A stretch of DNA of 64,000 nt from the NCBI GenBank assembly GCA_947165685.1, contig CAMVBK010000001.1:64735-128734 (forward strand), in the 5' to 3' direction. The stretch comes from an uncultured Bacteroidales bacterium. GTDB taxonomy: Bacteria > Bacteroidota > Bacteroidia > Bacteroidales > WCHB1-69. Each line of letters starts with the position of its first letter. The first letter of the stretch is position 1. The position numbers and the translations under genes were made by a program. The notes beneath the pieces were generated by a model. That model did no database searches. It was not told where the DNA came from and saw only the letters and a program-made list of their open reading frames with translations. This document shows, piece by piece, positions 1 to 10,055 of the stretch.

Positions 1-16
1 AAATGCTCATGGAATA

Positions 17-421
17 ATGAAAAGACTGCTAATCATATTGTTGATGCTGCTCCCGCTGGCAGCCATGTCGCAGAGCGAACTGTACAAACAGTACGCTTCG
101 CGTCAGAATCTCACCGTGGCGCAAGTGAAGGGTTTTAAACTCAGCGACAAAGTGCGTGTCGATGTGGTGCTCGTGGTGGCGGACAATGATGCGGCGTGGA
201 AGCAGCTCAAGAAAGAGCTCGACATCCGCGGCGAGGAAGGTTCCGTCAGCTGGCTCGGTGAACTGGCGCAGCCTGCCAAGCGCACAAAGTGGAGCGGCAA
301 ACCGCTGCTGCGCGTGGTGGCCTCGCACGGCCGCCGCTCTGTGGGCTTCTACCGCCTCGATACGGAGGCGCAGTATGATGCCCTCTTGGATTATCAACTG
401 AATAATATAAAAGAGAAATGA
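17..421 (+). CDS. hypothetical secreted protein
   Basis: 134-aa ORF with hydrophobic signal-like N-terminus MKRLLIILLMLLPLAAMSQ. Its stop overlaps the next ATG (ATGA at 418-421). No family recognised. Confidence 0.55.
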   Translation: MKRLLIILLMLLPLAAMSQSELYKQYASRQNLTVAQVKGFKLSDKVRVDVVLVVADNDAAWKQLKKELDIRGEEGSVSWLGELAQPAKRTKWSGKPLLRVVASHGRRSVGFYRLDTEAQYDALLDYQLNNIKEK

Positions 422-1236
422 AAAAGATAGATGTTATGAAAACGACATTGAGATTCACCGTCCTGATGGCGGTGCTGGTGCTCGCCTTTGCGGCGTGCGA
501 GGACCCGAACAAAAAACCGACTCCCGAAGTGGACAATACCCCGAAAGAGCGTGTTATCGTTTACAAGGTCGGGCAAAACGAAAGTCGTCAGTCGCTGGCA
601 ACGGAGGGCGAATGGGATGCCTTGTTGGACGTGCTCTGCAATCAGGCAAAGCAGGGCAGCGAAGTTACCTTCTATAATATGAAACCAAGCACTTACCACC
701 AGAACAAAGTACGGTCTGGTGCCAAAGCGGCCAAGACGTTCAGTACAGCCAGTCGCGAAGAGATGAAGGCTTGGATGAAGGAGATGGAGAAGGAGGGGCG
801 CACCGTTGTGGTCACCTACAGTAACGGCACCTGGAATGGGATGGCCTACGCTTCGGCACCGCCGGCTGTCACTGCTGCGAACATCATCGGTACTTGGCAT
901 TTCAACTGCGTGGTAGTGAAGGCGATAGACGCTGATGGCCTACTGCTGGATGGGGAAACCTTCATTCCGGATATCGATGGCGGATTCATGAACTATTCTT
1001 TTTTAGAAGATGGCACTATGACCGTGACAGTCACTAATGTTGACGGAAGCTCGTTCGCCGACAACTCCAGCTGGAGTCTCTCGGACGAGGGTAAGTTGTG
1101 CAGCGAATTGCTTCCGAATGGCGGAGGTTGTTGGGATGTCAATTGGATCTCCGGCAATACCATGGTGCTCTCCCGTCCCGACTTCGGAAGCGAGGATGGT
1201 GATTTCCTCTATCAACTGCAGTTTGACCGGCAATAA
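418..1236 (+). CDS. lipoprotein with lipocalin-like C-terminal region
   Basis: Lipobox-like LVLAFAAC near the N-terminus. The C-terminal half (IIGTWHF...GNTMVLSR) resembles Bacteroidetes lipocalin-like domains. Confidence 0.6.
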   Translation: MKKIDVMKTTLRFTVLMAVLVLAFAACEDPNKKPTPEVDNTPKERVIVYKVGQNESRQSLATEGEWDALLDVLCNQAKQGSEVTFYNMKPSTYHQNKVRSGAKAAKTFSTASREEMKAWMKEMEKEGRTVVVTYSNGTWNGMAYASAPPAVTAANIIGTWHFNCVVVKAIDADGLLLDGETFIPDIDGGFMNYSFLEDGTMTVTVTNVDGSSFADNSSWSLSDEGKLCSELLPNGGGCWDVNWISGNTMVLSRPDFGSEDGDFLYQLQFDRQ

Positions 1237-1337
1237 AAAAAATTTTCTTGTCTGTAGTTTTTAGAAGTTTCGTTACGTTCTTACGGTAGAAACAATCAAA
1301 ATTAATCAATAATCAATCAAAGTAAAAATCAAAAAGT

Positions 1338-1913
1338 ATGAAAAAGAACATTTTCGTTATCGCAATCGCTGCTTTTGCGCTCTGTCTGGCTTCTTGTCAA
1401 CATGAGGACATTACCCTTGAAAACGGTGGAAACGCCGGCGTTCAACCCAAGGTGACGGCTACTTCCGACCTTATTGGCACTGACTGGACCGCTTCCCTTA
1501 CCCTCAACGACCTGCTCACAAGCATGGGTGTTGATCTTAGCGGTATTGTTTGCAGTGATTCTAATGATCTCGACGCTGAGGCCATGGGTATCCAAATCAA
1601 TTTCGACAACCAGTATGCGCACATCACTTTCAGCGACAATGTGGTCGTCCTCAATGCCATGGAAATGAATGGCGAATACACGATGGAAGAGATTGAGCAG
1701 ATGGATCTTGCTTACGTTTATGACGCTTCTACCCATACCGGCACCCTGACCGCTGTCGGCACCGATGAGAACGGCGATCCCATCAACTATCAGATCAACT
1801 TCACCTACAGCGACAGCGATGACACGATCACCATCAACTTCCAGTTCACGGATGAGAATGACACTGTCATTACTTTCCCGATGGTGTTCCAACGCGATAC
1901 CGTGGTTGCATAA
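1338..1913 (+). CDS. hypothetical lipoprotein
   Basis: Signal peptide plus lipobox (FALCLASC), acidic Thr/Asp-rich body, followed by a strong terminator. Confidence 0.6.
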   Translation: MKKNIFVIAIAAFALCLASCQHEDITLENGGNAGVQPKVTATSDLIGTDWTASLTLNDLLTSMGVDLSGIVCSDSNDLDAEAMGIQINFDNQYAHITFSDNVVVLNAMEMNGEYTMEEIEQMDLAYVYDASTHTGTLTAVGTDENGDPINYQINFTYSDSDDTITINFQFTDENDTVITFPMVFQRDTVVA

Positions 1914-1943
1914 GGTTTGTTAAAACAAGTACAATCATTAAAG

Positions 1944-1973
1944 CGCCCGCAGTCTGTGGGCGTTTTTTTTTTT
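1944..1973 (+). terminator. rho-independent terminator
   Basis: Hairpin CGCCCGCAG-TC-TGTGGGCG (8 bp including one G-T pair) followed by a run of 11 T. Confidence 0.75.
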
Positions 1974-2177
1974 GTATTTCTTGCTTTGAAATCGAAGGGA
2001 AATTGGAGTTATGTAGGGATGATTCCCGGATGTAGGATAATCGTAGCAGTGTGTCTCTGGTGTACTATTCCGCAAAACGCGGCTGTGTCGGGCGGGTCGG
2101 AATCGCGTGATTGGCGGGTTGGGTTGTCCCGGTCAGGCACTGTGTATTTTACATTCAACATTTTATCGAATTTTTAT

Positions 2178-2185
2178 TATTTTTG
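2178..2185 (+). promoter_or_regulatory. Bacteroidetes -7 promoter box (TATTTTTG)
   Basis: Match to TAnnTTTG. It lies inside the GTG-extended ORF 2107..3222, arguing for a downstream start. Confidence 0.45.
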
Positions 2186-2205
2186 CCGATTCAAAATCTG
2201 AAACG

Positions 2206-3222
2206 TTGGAAGAACAGGATATACAGAAAATTCAGGCCGCGTTGCAGGGTGCGAAGACCATCGCGATTGTCTTCCATTTCAACCCAGACGGCGACGCGCT
2301 GGGCAGTGCTTTGGCATTGTACCACTATTTTGGTGACGCGGGATACGAGGTCTCGGTCATCTCCCCCAACCCTTTTCCCGGTTTCCTGAAATGGATGCCC
2401 GGTGCTGAACATATAATCGTGGCGCAGGAACATCTCGTGGAGGCCCGCAAACGCATTAAGGAGGCCGACATCCTCTTTGTGGTCGATATGAACGCGCCGC
2501 ACCGCGCCGGACAGGATCTCCAGAACTCGATCCCCAAATCCCCGGCGTTCAAAGTCCTCATCGACCATCACGTCCAGCCCGACATCAAGTGCGACGTGAT
2601 GTACTCCACTCATCTCACCACGTCTGCCTCGGAACTGGTTTACAATTTCTTGTACAAATATCTCACCCCGGGAAAACCTGTTTCGCAGCCAGTAGCCGAG
2701 TGTCTCTATGTAGGCATTATCACCGACACGGGCTCGATGTCCTATACCTGCGACTACCCGGAATCCTACGATGTGTTGCGCCATCTCATCGAAACGGGGG
2801 TCAATGGCGAGGAAATCCATCGCAAGGTCTATGACAACTATACGGAAAGCAGGATGAAACTGCTTGGCCTTGCCCTTTCGCAGCGACTGGTGGTGATGCC
2901 GGAGTATGGGGCTTCCTACATGTATTTGACTAAAAAGGACCTGATAGACAATGGTTTCCAGATTGGTGACACGGAAGGCTTCGTGAACTACGGCCTGTCG
3001 CTGGCATCGGTGCACTATACGGCTTTCTTCACAGAGCGTGACAACCGCATCCGCGTGTCGTTCCGCTCGAAGGGGGTGGTCGATGTGAACAAGTTCGCCC
3101 GCAAGTATTTCGAGGGCGGGGGGCATGCCAACGCCGCCGGTGCTTTCTACCACGGCACCATGGAAGAGGCCATCGCCCATTTCGAGAAAGCCGTGATAGA
3201 CAATGCTTCGGTGCAAGGATAA
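2206..3222 (+). CDS. nrnA: DHH-family phosphoesterase (NrnA-like oligoribonuclease/pAp phosphatase)
   Basis: DHH motifs: FHFNPDGDALGS, VVDMN, IDHH and GGGHANAAG (DHHA1). The maximal ORF starts at GTG 2107. TTG 2206 is the first in-frame start after the promoter box, so the start is uncertain. Confidence 0.85.
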   Translation: MEEQDIQKIQAALQGAKTIAIVFHFNPDGDALGSALALYHYFGDAGYEVSVISPNPFPGFLKWMPGAEHIIVAQEHLVEARKRIKEADILFVVDMNAPHRAGQDLQNSIPKSPAFKVLIDHHVQPDIKCDVMYSTHLTTSASELVYNFLYKYLTPGKPVSQPVAECLYVGIITDTGSMSYTCDYPESYDVLRHLIETGVNGEEIHRKVYDNYTESRMKLLGLALSQRLVVMPEYGASYMYLTKKDLIDNGFQIGDTEGFVNYGLSLASVHYTAFFTERDNRIRVSFRSKGVVDVNKFARKYFEGGGHANAAGAFYHGTMEEAIAHFEKAVIDNASVQG

Positions 3223-3226
3223 AAAT

Positions 3227-3811
3227 ATGCGTAAAGTCCTTGTAATCATAATGATGTGCCTGCTTTTTGGCAGCTTTTCCGCTTGTCGCGACCGCAAGGC
3301 TACGGGCAGCGTGGTGTCTTCGTCGGAGGCCCCGAAAGAGGACAAGGACGCGCCTTACGTGGAGGGCAATAAGAACATCATGCGGCGCGAGAACGATGAG
3401 ATGCAAATGTTCATCCGGCGTTACGGCTGGAATATGCAGCGCACTCCCACGGGACTGTATGTGCAGGTGCTGGAGTCGGGCTCCGGGGAACCCTTCAAGG
3501 AGGGAGACCGCGTGGCGATGGAGTACCGCACGTTCCTGCTGTCCGGAGAACAGGTCTATAGTTCCGACAGCAGTGGCGTGAAAGTCTTCGTGGTGAACCG
3601 TTCCGAGGAAATCGATGCACTGCACGAAGTGTCGCAAATGCTGAGACCCGGGGCGAAGGCACGGCTCGTGATTCCTTCGTATCTTGGCTATGGCGTGGCC
3701 GGTGACGGCGACCGCATTCAAGGCCTCCAACCTTTTATGATGGAAATCAGAGTGTTAGATAGAAACGAAAAAATACCGGAAACCTATATACCGAACCCAT
3801 ATAATGAATGA
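3227..3811 (+). CDS. FKBP-type peptidyl-prolyl cis-trans isomerase, lipoprotein
   Basis: MRKVLVIIMMCLLFGSFSAC lipobox. FKBP C-domain pattern (GDRVAMEY...IPSYLGYG). The alternative ATG 3203 overlaps nrnA. Confidence 0.8.
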   Translation: MRKVLVIIMMCLLFGSFSACRDRKATGSVVSSSEAPKEDKDAPYVEGNKNIMRRENDEMQMFIRRYGWNMQRTPTGLYVQVLESGSGEPFKEGDRVAMEYRTFLLSGEQVYSSDSSGVKVFVVNRSEEIDALHEVSQMLRPGAKARLVIPSYLGYGVAGDGDRIQGLQPFMMEIRVLDRNEKIPETYIPNPYNE

Positions 3812-4665
3812 TTGAAATGAGGAAAGACTGTCTGATTTGGATGATTCTTGCCTTGCTGTGTTTTACAGCCGTCTCCTGCCGGAAACCCAGCGGATTCAAA
3901 CGCTCGTCGGGCTTCTATTACCAATACCACGTCTTGAACAAGGATAATGCGCAGCCGGAAGTCGGCGATTTTGTGATGGTGAATATGGGGCTCCGGATCG
4001 GCGATTCCGTGCTCTCTCCCATGACCCAAAACAACATGCTGATTGACGAGCTGTATCGAGGCGACATCTATTCCGCCCTGCGCCAAATGCACCTCGGTGA
4101 CAGCGCCACGTTCATTTTCGGAGGGAAGAAATTCTATGAAGAGTTTCTCGGAATGGGTGACTATCCGTACGGCAAGACACCCATTTATGCAGACATAAAA
4201 CTCCTTAAAATTTTGTCAAAGAAGAAAATAGAGAATGCCGAGGATCAGTTTCGGGCGCAGCGTAAACGGCAACGCCAGCGCGAGGATTCCCTGATTCACG
4301 CGTATGCCAACCAATATCATCTCAATACCGTCCACAAGGGCATATACTATACTTACACCAAGAGAGGTAACGGGGCCAAAGCCAAGAAAAACAAGACGGT
4401 GGAAATCCTGTTTCGCGCCAGACGGTTGGACAATACCGTGTTTGAAAGCAGATTGGATCCGTCACATCCCCTCTCGTTCACAATTGGCACCGGCGAGATG
4501 TCGCGCGGCATCGATATCATGGTGCAAGAAATGAATGAAGGCGACCAGATAACCGTGATTTTGCCTTCCTCGCTTGTTTTTGGCGACAACGGAAGTGAAG
4601 TTTACAACATTCCGCCGTTCACCCCGGTAGTGTATGACATTGAATTACTTAAAGTGTTGAAATAG
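3808..4665 (+). CDS. FKBP-type peptidyl-prolyl isomerase, lipoprotein
   Basis: Lipobox FTAVSC. C-terminal FKBP domain (VEILFRARRLDNTVFESR...LPSSLVFGDNG...PPFTPVVYDIELLKV). ATGA overlap with the upstream FKBP gene. Confidence 0.8.
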   Translation: MIEMRKDCLIWMILALLCFTAVSCRKPSGFKRSSGFYYQYHVLNKDNAQPEVGDFVMVNMGLRIGDSVLSPMTQNNMLIDELYRGDIYSALRQMHLGDSATFIFGGKKFYEEFLGMGDYPYGKTPIYADIKLLKILSKKKIENAEDQFRAQRKRQRQREDSLIHAYANQYHLNTVHKGIYYTYTKRGNGAKAKKNKTVEILFRARRLDNTVFESRLDPSHPLSFTIGTGEMSRGIDIMVQEMNEGDQITVILPSSLVFGDNGSEVYNIPPFTPVVYDIELLKVLK

Positions 4666-4715
4666 ATTGAGTTAAAAAAAATAATTGAATATTGTTGTCA
4701 AAAGAAAAAATCAAA

Positions 4716-5576
4716 ATGAAAAGAATTGTTTCAAATGTAATGATTGTCCTGGCGGCTGTCGCCATTGTGTTTTCCTTAGGCTCCTGCAGCAAATACAAGG
4801 GATTTAAGAAAACGAAATCCGGTATCTACTACCAAATTCACGGCGAGGTCCACGACACTGCCGACCAGCCCAAGACCGGCGACTTGGTGGGTATCCTTAT
4901 GTCACTTCGTGCGGGTGATTCCTTGCTTATTCCCATGATGCCCAACGAAATGCTGATGGATTCCCTTTATGCAGGCGACATGTTTGAGGCGCTCCGTATG
5001 CTGCATGTGGGCGACAGCGCCACGTTCATTCTCGATGGTCCGCAATTCTTCGAGAAAATGATGAACCCCGGTCAGGAATACACCTTCGGGGAAGATCCGC
5101 TTTACTTGGATGTCAAGCTCTATGGTTTGATGAAAAAGGCGGATTTCGAAAAGGCCAAATCCGAGTTTGAAGCTCAGTTAGATGACCGCAAAGTGAAGGA
5201 AGTGGAAGAAATCGATACCTATCTGAAGGGGAATCCGGGTTTCAAGCAGCAATCGACGGGTGTCTATCTCAAGACGGTCAAAAAGGGTACCGGTGCGAAG
5301 GTGGAACCGTTGCAGACTGTGAAGGTACACTATACAGGACGTTTCGTTGACGGCACCGTGTTCGACAGTTCCGTGGAACGCGGCGAACCGTTCGAATTCA
5401 CCGTGGGTGCCGGCCAGGTGATTCCCGGTTGGGATGCCACGGTGGCCGACATGAAGGTGGGTGACAAAGTGACGGTGCTGATTCCCTCTGAGTTCGCTTA
5501 CGGCGAAGGCACGCGTGGCATCCCCCCGTACAGCCCGCTGGTTTTTGATATTGAGCTGCTGGATATTGTCAAGTAG
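4716..5576 (+). CDS. FKBP-type peptidyl-prolyl isomerase, lipoprotein
   Basis: [24 protein letters not shown] lipobox. Canonical FKBP core [18 protein letters not shown]...[13 protein letters not shown]...IPSEFAYGE...[11 protein letters not shown]-terminal half is paralogous to the 3808 gene. Confidence 0.9.
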   Translation: MKRIVSNVMIVLAAVAIVFSLGSCSKYKGFKKTKSGIYYQIHGEVHDTADQPKTGDLVGILMSLRAGDSLLIPMMPNEMLMDSLYAGDMFEALRMLHVGDSATFILDGPQFFEKMMNPGQEYTFGEDPLYLDVKLYGLMKKADFEKAKSEFEAQLDDRKVKEVEEIDTYLKGNPGFKQQSTGVYLKTVKKGTGAKVEPLQTVKVHYTGRFVDGTVFDSSVERGEPFEFTVGAGQVIPGWDATVADMKVGDKVTVLIPSEFAYGEGTRGIPPYSPLVFDIELLDIVK

Positions 5577-5610
5577 TTTAGTGTTTTAGAAAGTTCAGGA
5601 GTTTAGGATT

Positions 5611-7746
5611 ATGTCGGAAGTGAATTATGCTTTGCGGATTGCGCAGGCACTGAACCTTAAAGAAGAACAGGTTCGGAACACGCTTGACTTGATGGAGACC
5701 GGTGCCACCATCCCGTTCATCTCCCGTTATCGTAAAGAGGCGACGGGATCGTTGGATGAGGTGCAGATTGGAAATATCAAAGAGCTTTATATCAAGTGGT
5801 TGGAGCTTGACAAGCGTCGTGCAGCTATCTTAGACTCTATTTCTGAGCAAGGCAAGCTTACCCCTGAACTGCGTGAGAAAATCGAGCAGGCGGAGACGAT
5901 GGCTGCCTTGGAGGATCTCTACCTCCCGTATCGCCCCAAACGCAAGACCCGTGCGTCGGTCGCTGTGGAGAAAGGGCTGCAGCCGCTGGCGAAACTGCTT
6001 TGGCAGCAACGCCCGGTTGACCTGCAGCGCGAAGCGGCGAAGTATGTCAGCGAGGAAAAAGGCGTGGCTTCCGAAGAGGAGGCCATCGCTGGAGCTCGCG
6101 ACATTATTGCTGAGCTGATTAGCGAAAATGTTGGAGTCCGGAACCGCTTGCGCGGTACGTTCCTCCGCTACAGCCGTATTTCCACTCGTTTGATTCCCGA
6201 CAAAGTCGATGAGGACGAAAAGTACCGTATCTATTACAAGGCGGAGGAATTGCTTGCCAAAGCCCCGTCGCATCGCATCCTGGCCATGCTGCGCGGCGAG
6301 GAGGAGGGCATCCTGCGTGTGCACATCGCTCCCGACGAAGAGCGGACGCTCGCCGATTTGAAGCATCGTGTTATAAGGAACAACAGCAACTGCGCCCAAC
6401 AGGTCTGGCAGGCTGCCGTTGACTCCTACAAACGGCTCCTCCAACCCCAGATGGAGACAGAAATGCGCAAGTTCTACAAGGAAAAGGCCGACAAGGAAGC
6501 CATCTCCGTGTTCACGAAAAACGCCCGGCAGCTCCTGCTGGCAGCCCCGTTGGGACAGGTCACTACGCTGGCCATCGACCCTGGCTTCCGAACGGGTTGC
6601 AAGGTCGTCATTCTTAACCCGCAGGGCAAGCTGCTCTACAACGAGACGATTTACCCGCATCCGCCGGTGGCGCAGTACAAGCTGGCCTCCGACAAGCTGA
6701 AACGGTTGGTCCTTCAGTACAAGGTGGATGCCATCGCCATCGGAAACGGCACTGCAGGGCGCGAAACGGAGAACTTCGTGCGTCACATTCCCTTTGAACG
6801 CGAGGTCAAGGCCTTTATGGTCAACGAAAGCGGCGCGTCGGTCTATTCGGCCTCGCCGGTGGCCCGCGAGGAGTTCCCTGACTACGACGTGACGGTGCGC
6901 GGTGCCGTCTCCATTGGGCGCCGTCTCATGGACCCGCTTGCCGAATTGGTCAAAATCGACCCGAAATCCATCGGGGTGGGGCAGTATCAGCACGATGTGA
7001 ACCAGAAGATGCTGCAGGAGAGTCTGCAGACGACGGTGGAAAGCTGCGTCAACTATGTGGGCGTTGAATTGAACACGGCGAGCAAGCAACTGCTGTCGTA
7101 CGTTTCGGGGGTCGGTCCTGCCTTGGCGCAGAACATCATCGACTACCGGAACGAGAACGGACCGTTCGCCTCCCGCGAAGCCTTGAAAAAGGTGCCACGC
7201 TTCGGAGCGAAAGCCTTCCAGCAGGCCGCCGGCTTCCTGCGCATCCGCGAGGCCGAAAACCCGCTCGACGGTAGCGCCGTGCACCCGGAAAGCTACAAGA
7301 TCGTGCAACGTATGGCTGACGACCTGCACTGCTCCGTTTCTGACCTGATTAAAAACAAGGATTTACGGCAACAGATTGTCTTGCAGAACTATATAACAGA
7401 CAAGGTTGGAATGCCCACGTTAGAGGACATTATGAAGGAACTGGCGAAACCGGGTCGAGACCCGCGCACGCAGTTCGAGATGTTCGAGTTCGACAAGAAT
7501 GTGCACACCATTCACGACTTGACTGTCGGCATGGTGCTGCCCGGAATCATCACCAATATCACCAATTTCGGCTGTTTTGTGGACATCGGAGTCCACCAAG
7601 ATGGCTTGATCCACATCAGTCGTTTGAGCGACCGCCGAATCTCCGACCCGTCTGAGGTGGTTCATCTCAACCAGAAAGTTATGGTGAAAGTGGAAGGGGT
7701 TGAGGTGGAACGTAAAAGAATCAGTCTGGCTCTGGAAAAAGAGTGA
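5611..7746 (+). CDS. tex: Tex-like RNA-binding transcription accessory protein (YqgF/HHH/S1 domains)
   Basis: 711 aa. N-terminal IPFISRYRKE motif, YqgF-like core and C-terminal S1 domain (GMVLPGIITNITNFGCFVDIG...). Confidence 0.92.
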   Translation: MSEVNYALRIAQALNLKEEQVRNTLDLMETGATIPFISRYRKEATGSLDEVQIGNIKELYIKWLELDKRRAAILDSISEQGKLTPELREKIEQAETMAALEDLYLPYRPKRKTRASVAVEKGLQPLAKLLWQQRPVDLQREAAKYVSEEKGVASEEEAIAGARDIIAELISENVGVRNRLRGTFLRYSRISTRLIPDKVDEDEKYRIYYKAEELLAKAPSHRILAMLRGEEEGILRVHIAPDEERTLADLKHRVIRNNSNCAQQVWQAAVDSYKRLLQPQMETEMRKFYKEKADKEAISVFTKNARQLLLAAPLGQVTTLAIDPGFRTGCKVVILNPQGKLLYNETIYPHPPVAQYKLASDKLKRLVLQYKVDAIAIGNGTAGRETENFVRHIPFEREVKAFMVNESGASVYSASPVAREEFPDYDVTVRGAVSIGRRLMDPLAELVKIDPKSIGVGQYQHDVNQKMLQESLQTTVESCVNYVGVELNTASKQLLSYVSGVGPALAQNIIDYRNENGPFASREALKKVPRFGAKAFQQAAGFLRIREAENPLDGSAVHPESYKIVQRMADDLHCSVSDLIKNKDLRQQIVLQNYITDKVGMPTLEDIMKELAKPGRDPRTQFEMFEFDKNVHTIHDLTVGMVLPGIITNITNFGCFVDIGVHQDGLIHISRLSDRRISDPSEVVHLNQKVMVKVEGVEVERKRISLALEKE

Positions 7747-7803
7747 TATCGGCACCGTTGGCGGCTTTTTTTTGAAGAACCGTAAAGGTATTGATTTTTT
7801 TAT

Positions 7804-7811
7804 TACTTTTG
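7804..7811 (+). promoter_or_regulatory. -7 promoter box (TACTTTTG)
   Basis: TAnnTTTG match 70 nt upstream of ATG 7881. Confidence 0.4.
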
Positions 7812-7880
7812 CTACGCTTTGAAAAAAGTTGTTTTGTTTTATAAGTTATTGAAAATTAGTAATATAAAATAAGTTTGAAT

Positions 7881-8825
7881 ATGAAAAAATTGACAGACAA
7901 CACCTCTTTGGGCAAGCTTATTCTGCTTTGCAACGTGGTTGTTTTGGCTCTCTTTGTCATCGCCATGCTTTTTTTGATGAAATTTGACAAGACCAACGCG
8001 GCCGTGGTTCAAGAGCGTAATCATTACAACAAGTTGTATGAGGCGTATGCCACAGCACAGCATCCGTTGAAACAAGACAGTGCGGAAGTCGCTTATTATC
8101 AGTACAAATTAGACACTCTTCAGCAAAAGACCGCCACTACGAAGGATGAAAAGAAAGCGCTTAGTGAAAGTATTGAGGTGACCAAGCAGACCTTGGCCGA
8201 CAAGAAAAAACAGCGTGAGGACAATTTGGTGAAAGTGGCCGAGCTGGAAAAGGAGTACGGCCCTGTACAAAAGAATTGGGAACAGCTGAATGCTGACAAT
8301 GATGCCGCTAAGAAGAAATTCTGGGTGTTGGCCTGTATCACCATTGTCGCGTTCCTGCTGAAAACCCTTCTTTTCGCTTTGTGGGGCGCCAAGAACAACA
8401 AGAACCTGCATGAGATTGCGCCTTGGATGAAAGACGGCATGAAGCCCTGGATGTCTTACGTGGCATGGTTCGTTCCTATCTATAATCTTATTAAACCTCT
8501 CTCCTTCTTCAAGGAAGTTTGGGGTGAAACGGACTATGCGCTCGAAAACGCCGGCATTGTGGCAAGAGATGAAAACAAAGTCGATAATTCCGGTCTTGTG
8601 ATGTCCATTTGGTGGGGCTTCCTGCTGGTGAGTGTCTGGTTGATGAACATTGTACTCTTCTTCACGTTTTTCCGCGAAGGGGCTTTCTTCACCAAGGCTG
8701 GACACGGTTCCATGGTGGTGGTGGCCATCGTCATCATGGCGATCTGTATTTGTCTGGAAGCGATGTTGATTCTTCAATACAATAAGAAGAACAAAATGCT
8801 CTTGGAAAACGAAAGCAAGTTCTAA
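7881..8825 (+). CDS. DUF4328-like integral membrane protein with N-terminal coiled coil
   Basis: TM helix, Lys/Glu-rich coiled region, then a multi-TM C-terminal part with WFVPIYNLIKP motif typical of DUF4328. TTG 7875 is an alternative start. Confidence 0.65.
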   Translation: MKKLTDNTSLGKLILLCNVVVLALFVIAMLFLMKFDKTNAAVVQERNHYNKLYEAYATAQHPLKQDSAEVAYYQYKLDTLQQKTATTKDEKKALSESIEVTKQTLADKKKQREDNLVKVAELEKEYGPVQKNWEQLNADNDAAKKKFWVLACITIVAFLLKTLLFALWGAKNNKNLHEIAPWMKDGMKPWMSYVAWFVPIYNLIKPLSFFKEVWGETDYALENAGIVARDENKVDNSGLVMSIWWGFLLVSVWLMNIVLFFTFFREGAFFTKAGHGSMVVVAIVIMAICICLEAMLILQYNKKNKMLLENESKF

Positions 8826-8868
8826 TCTTTTGGATTAGACGCTATCATAATTTGTTGTGTTTTGATGA

Positions 8869-8900
8869 GACGGGGTTGTTTCAACCCTGTCTTTTTTTTT
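8869..8900. terminator. rho-independent terminator between convergent genes
   Basis: 10-bp stem GACGGGGTTG/CAACCCTGTC (one G-T), 3-nt loop, then 9 T. Confidence 0.75.
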
Positions 8901-8907
8901 GCCAGCT

Positions 8908-10032
8908 TCACGGCAGGGCCTTTTCAAGGGTCTCCCAAAGCAATTCCGCTGTTCGGTCCCAGGTGAAGAGATCTTTCCGGGCCATCCCTCTTTCGACCAA
9001 TGCGTGACATAAAGCAGGGTTTTGTTGCAGTTGGCACATGGCATCGGCAATCTCCTCTTCGCGGTAGGGATTGACGAGCAGGGCGGCGTCTCCGGCCACC
9101 TCGGGCATGGAGGATAGGTTGGAGGTGATGACGGGCGTGTGTGCGTTGAAGGCATCCACAATCGGCTGCCCGAAACCTTCAAACAGGGAGGCATAGACCA
9201 GCGCTGTGGCGGACGCGGTAAGAGCACTCAGCACATCCGTTTGCTGACGGCCAAGCATGATTACGTCTTCCCGGTAGCGCATTTGGAGGTATGTGTTCTC
9301 AATCTCGCCAGCCCACCATTTTTTGTCTCCCACCACCACTAATTTTGTGGCTGCTCCGGTCTGTTCTTTGAATCGATCGAAAGCACGGAAAATATTGTCA
9401 AGGTTCTTCCGCTTATGTATGAGACCGACGAACAAAAAATAGTCGCAACCATTGGTGTATTGCTGCCGGATGGTCCTCTTTTGTTCCTCAGGAAGGGGCT
9501 TGTAGGCTGGATTTGTACCGTTATAAACCACGTCAATTTTGTCTGTCGGGACCTGGTAGCTGTCGTGAATGTCCTGTTTGCTGAACTCGGAAACGGTGGC
9601 TATCCGGGTGCTGTTGCGGGCGAATTTCGGAAAGAAACGGTCGTAGTAGCGTCGAACTACGGGCGGTACAAATTCGGGATGGTGCTTGAAGTTGAGGTCG
9701 TGAATGACGTTGACCACGGGAATGTTCAATTTTGTTGGAATCCAACCGTCGGTGGAAAGGAATAAGTCCGGTCGTATCGACCTGAGCTTCAACGGGATGC
9801 CATATTCGAAAAAAAGATACCATAGATAGGGGTGCCGCGCTTGCGGATAAGCGACTATCGGGCTGATGTTGTCGCAGAAAAGAAATGACTCGTCATAGGG
9901 ACGGTCGAAGAGGAAGTAAAATTGGTGCTCCGGGTGTGCTTTTGTGATTCGCTGGAGCGTTTCGCGTGTGAAAATACCGATGCCTTCCAATCTGTTTTTC
10001 AGCAGCAGGCGTGTATTTACAGCTATCTTCAT
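8908..10032 (-). CDS. glycosyltransferase family 4 (GT-B, group 1)
   Basis: 374 aa. C-terminal EGFGQPIVDAFNAHTPVITSNLSSMPEVAGDAALLVNP is the classic GT4 E-x7-E region. Confidence 0.85.
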   Translation of the reverse strand: MKIAVNTRLLLKNRLEGIGIFTRETLQRITKAHPEHQFYFLFDRPYDESFLFCDNISPIVAYPQARHPYLWYLFFEYGIPLKLRSIRPDLFLSTDGWIPTKLNIPVVNVIHDLNFKHHPEFVPPVVRRYYDRFFPKFARNSTRIATVSEFSKQDIHDSYQVPTDKIDVVYNGTNPAYKPLPEEQKRTIRQQYTNGCDYFLFVGLIHKRKNLDNIFRAFDRFKEQTGAATKLVVVGDKKWWAGEIENTYLQMRYREDVIMLGRQQTDVLSALTASATALVYASLFEGFGQPIVDAFNAHTPVITSNLSSMPEVAGDAALLVNPYREEEIADAMCQLQQNPALCHALVERGMARKDLFTWDRTAELLWETLEKALP

Positions 10033-10055
10033 TGAGTCAAGCTATTTGCGATGTT

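Noticed and set aside
2191-3345. 384-aa ORF antisense to nrnA.
   Set aside because: Codon-aligned with the DHH phosphoesterase gene (1 mod 3), with no recognisable motifs.
5830-7329. 499-aa ORF antisense to tex.
   Set aside because: Codon-aligned with tex (both 1 mod 3), with a compositionally odd product. Same explanation as for the tnaA antisense ORF.
7747-7775. Possible terminator after tex (CCG-TTGG-CGG followed by 8 T).
   Set aside because: The stem is only about 3 bp as I can pair it. It is too weak to call, although the T-run is suggestive.
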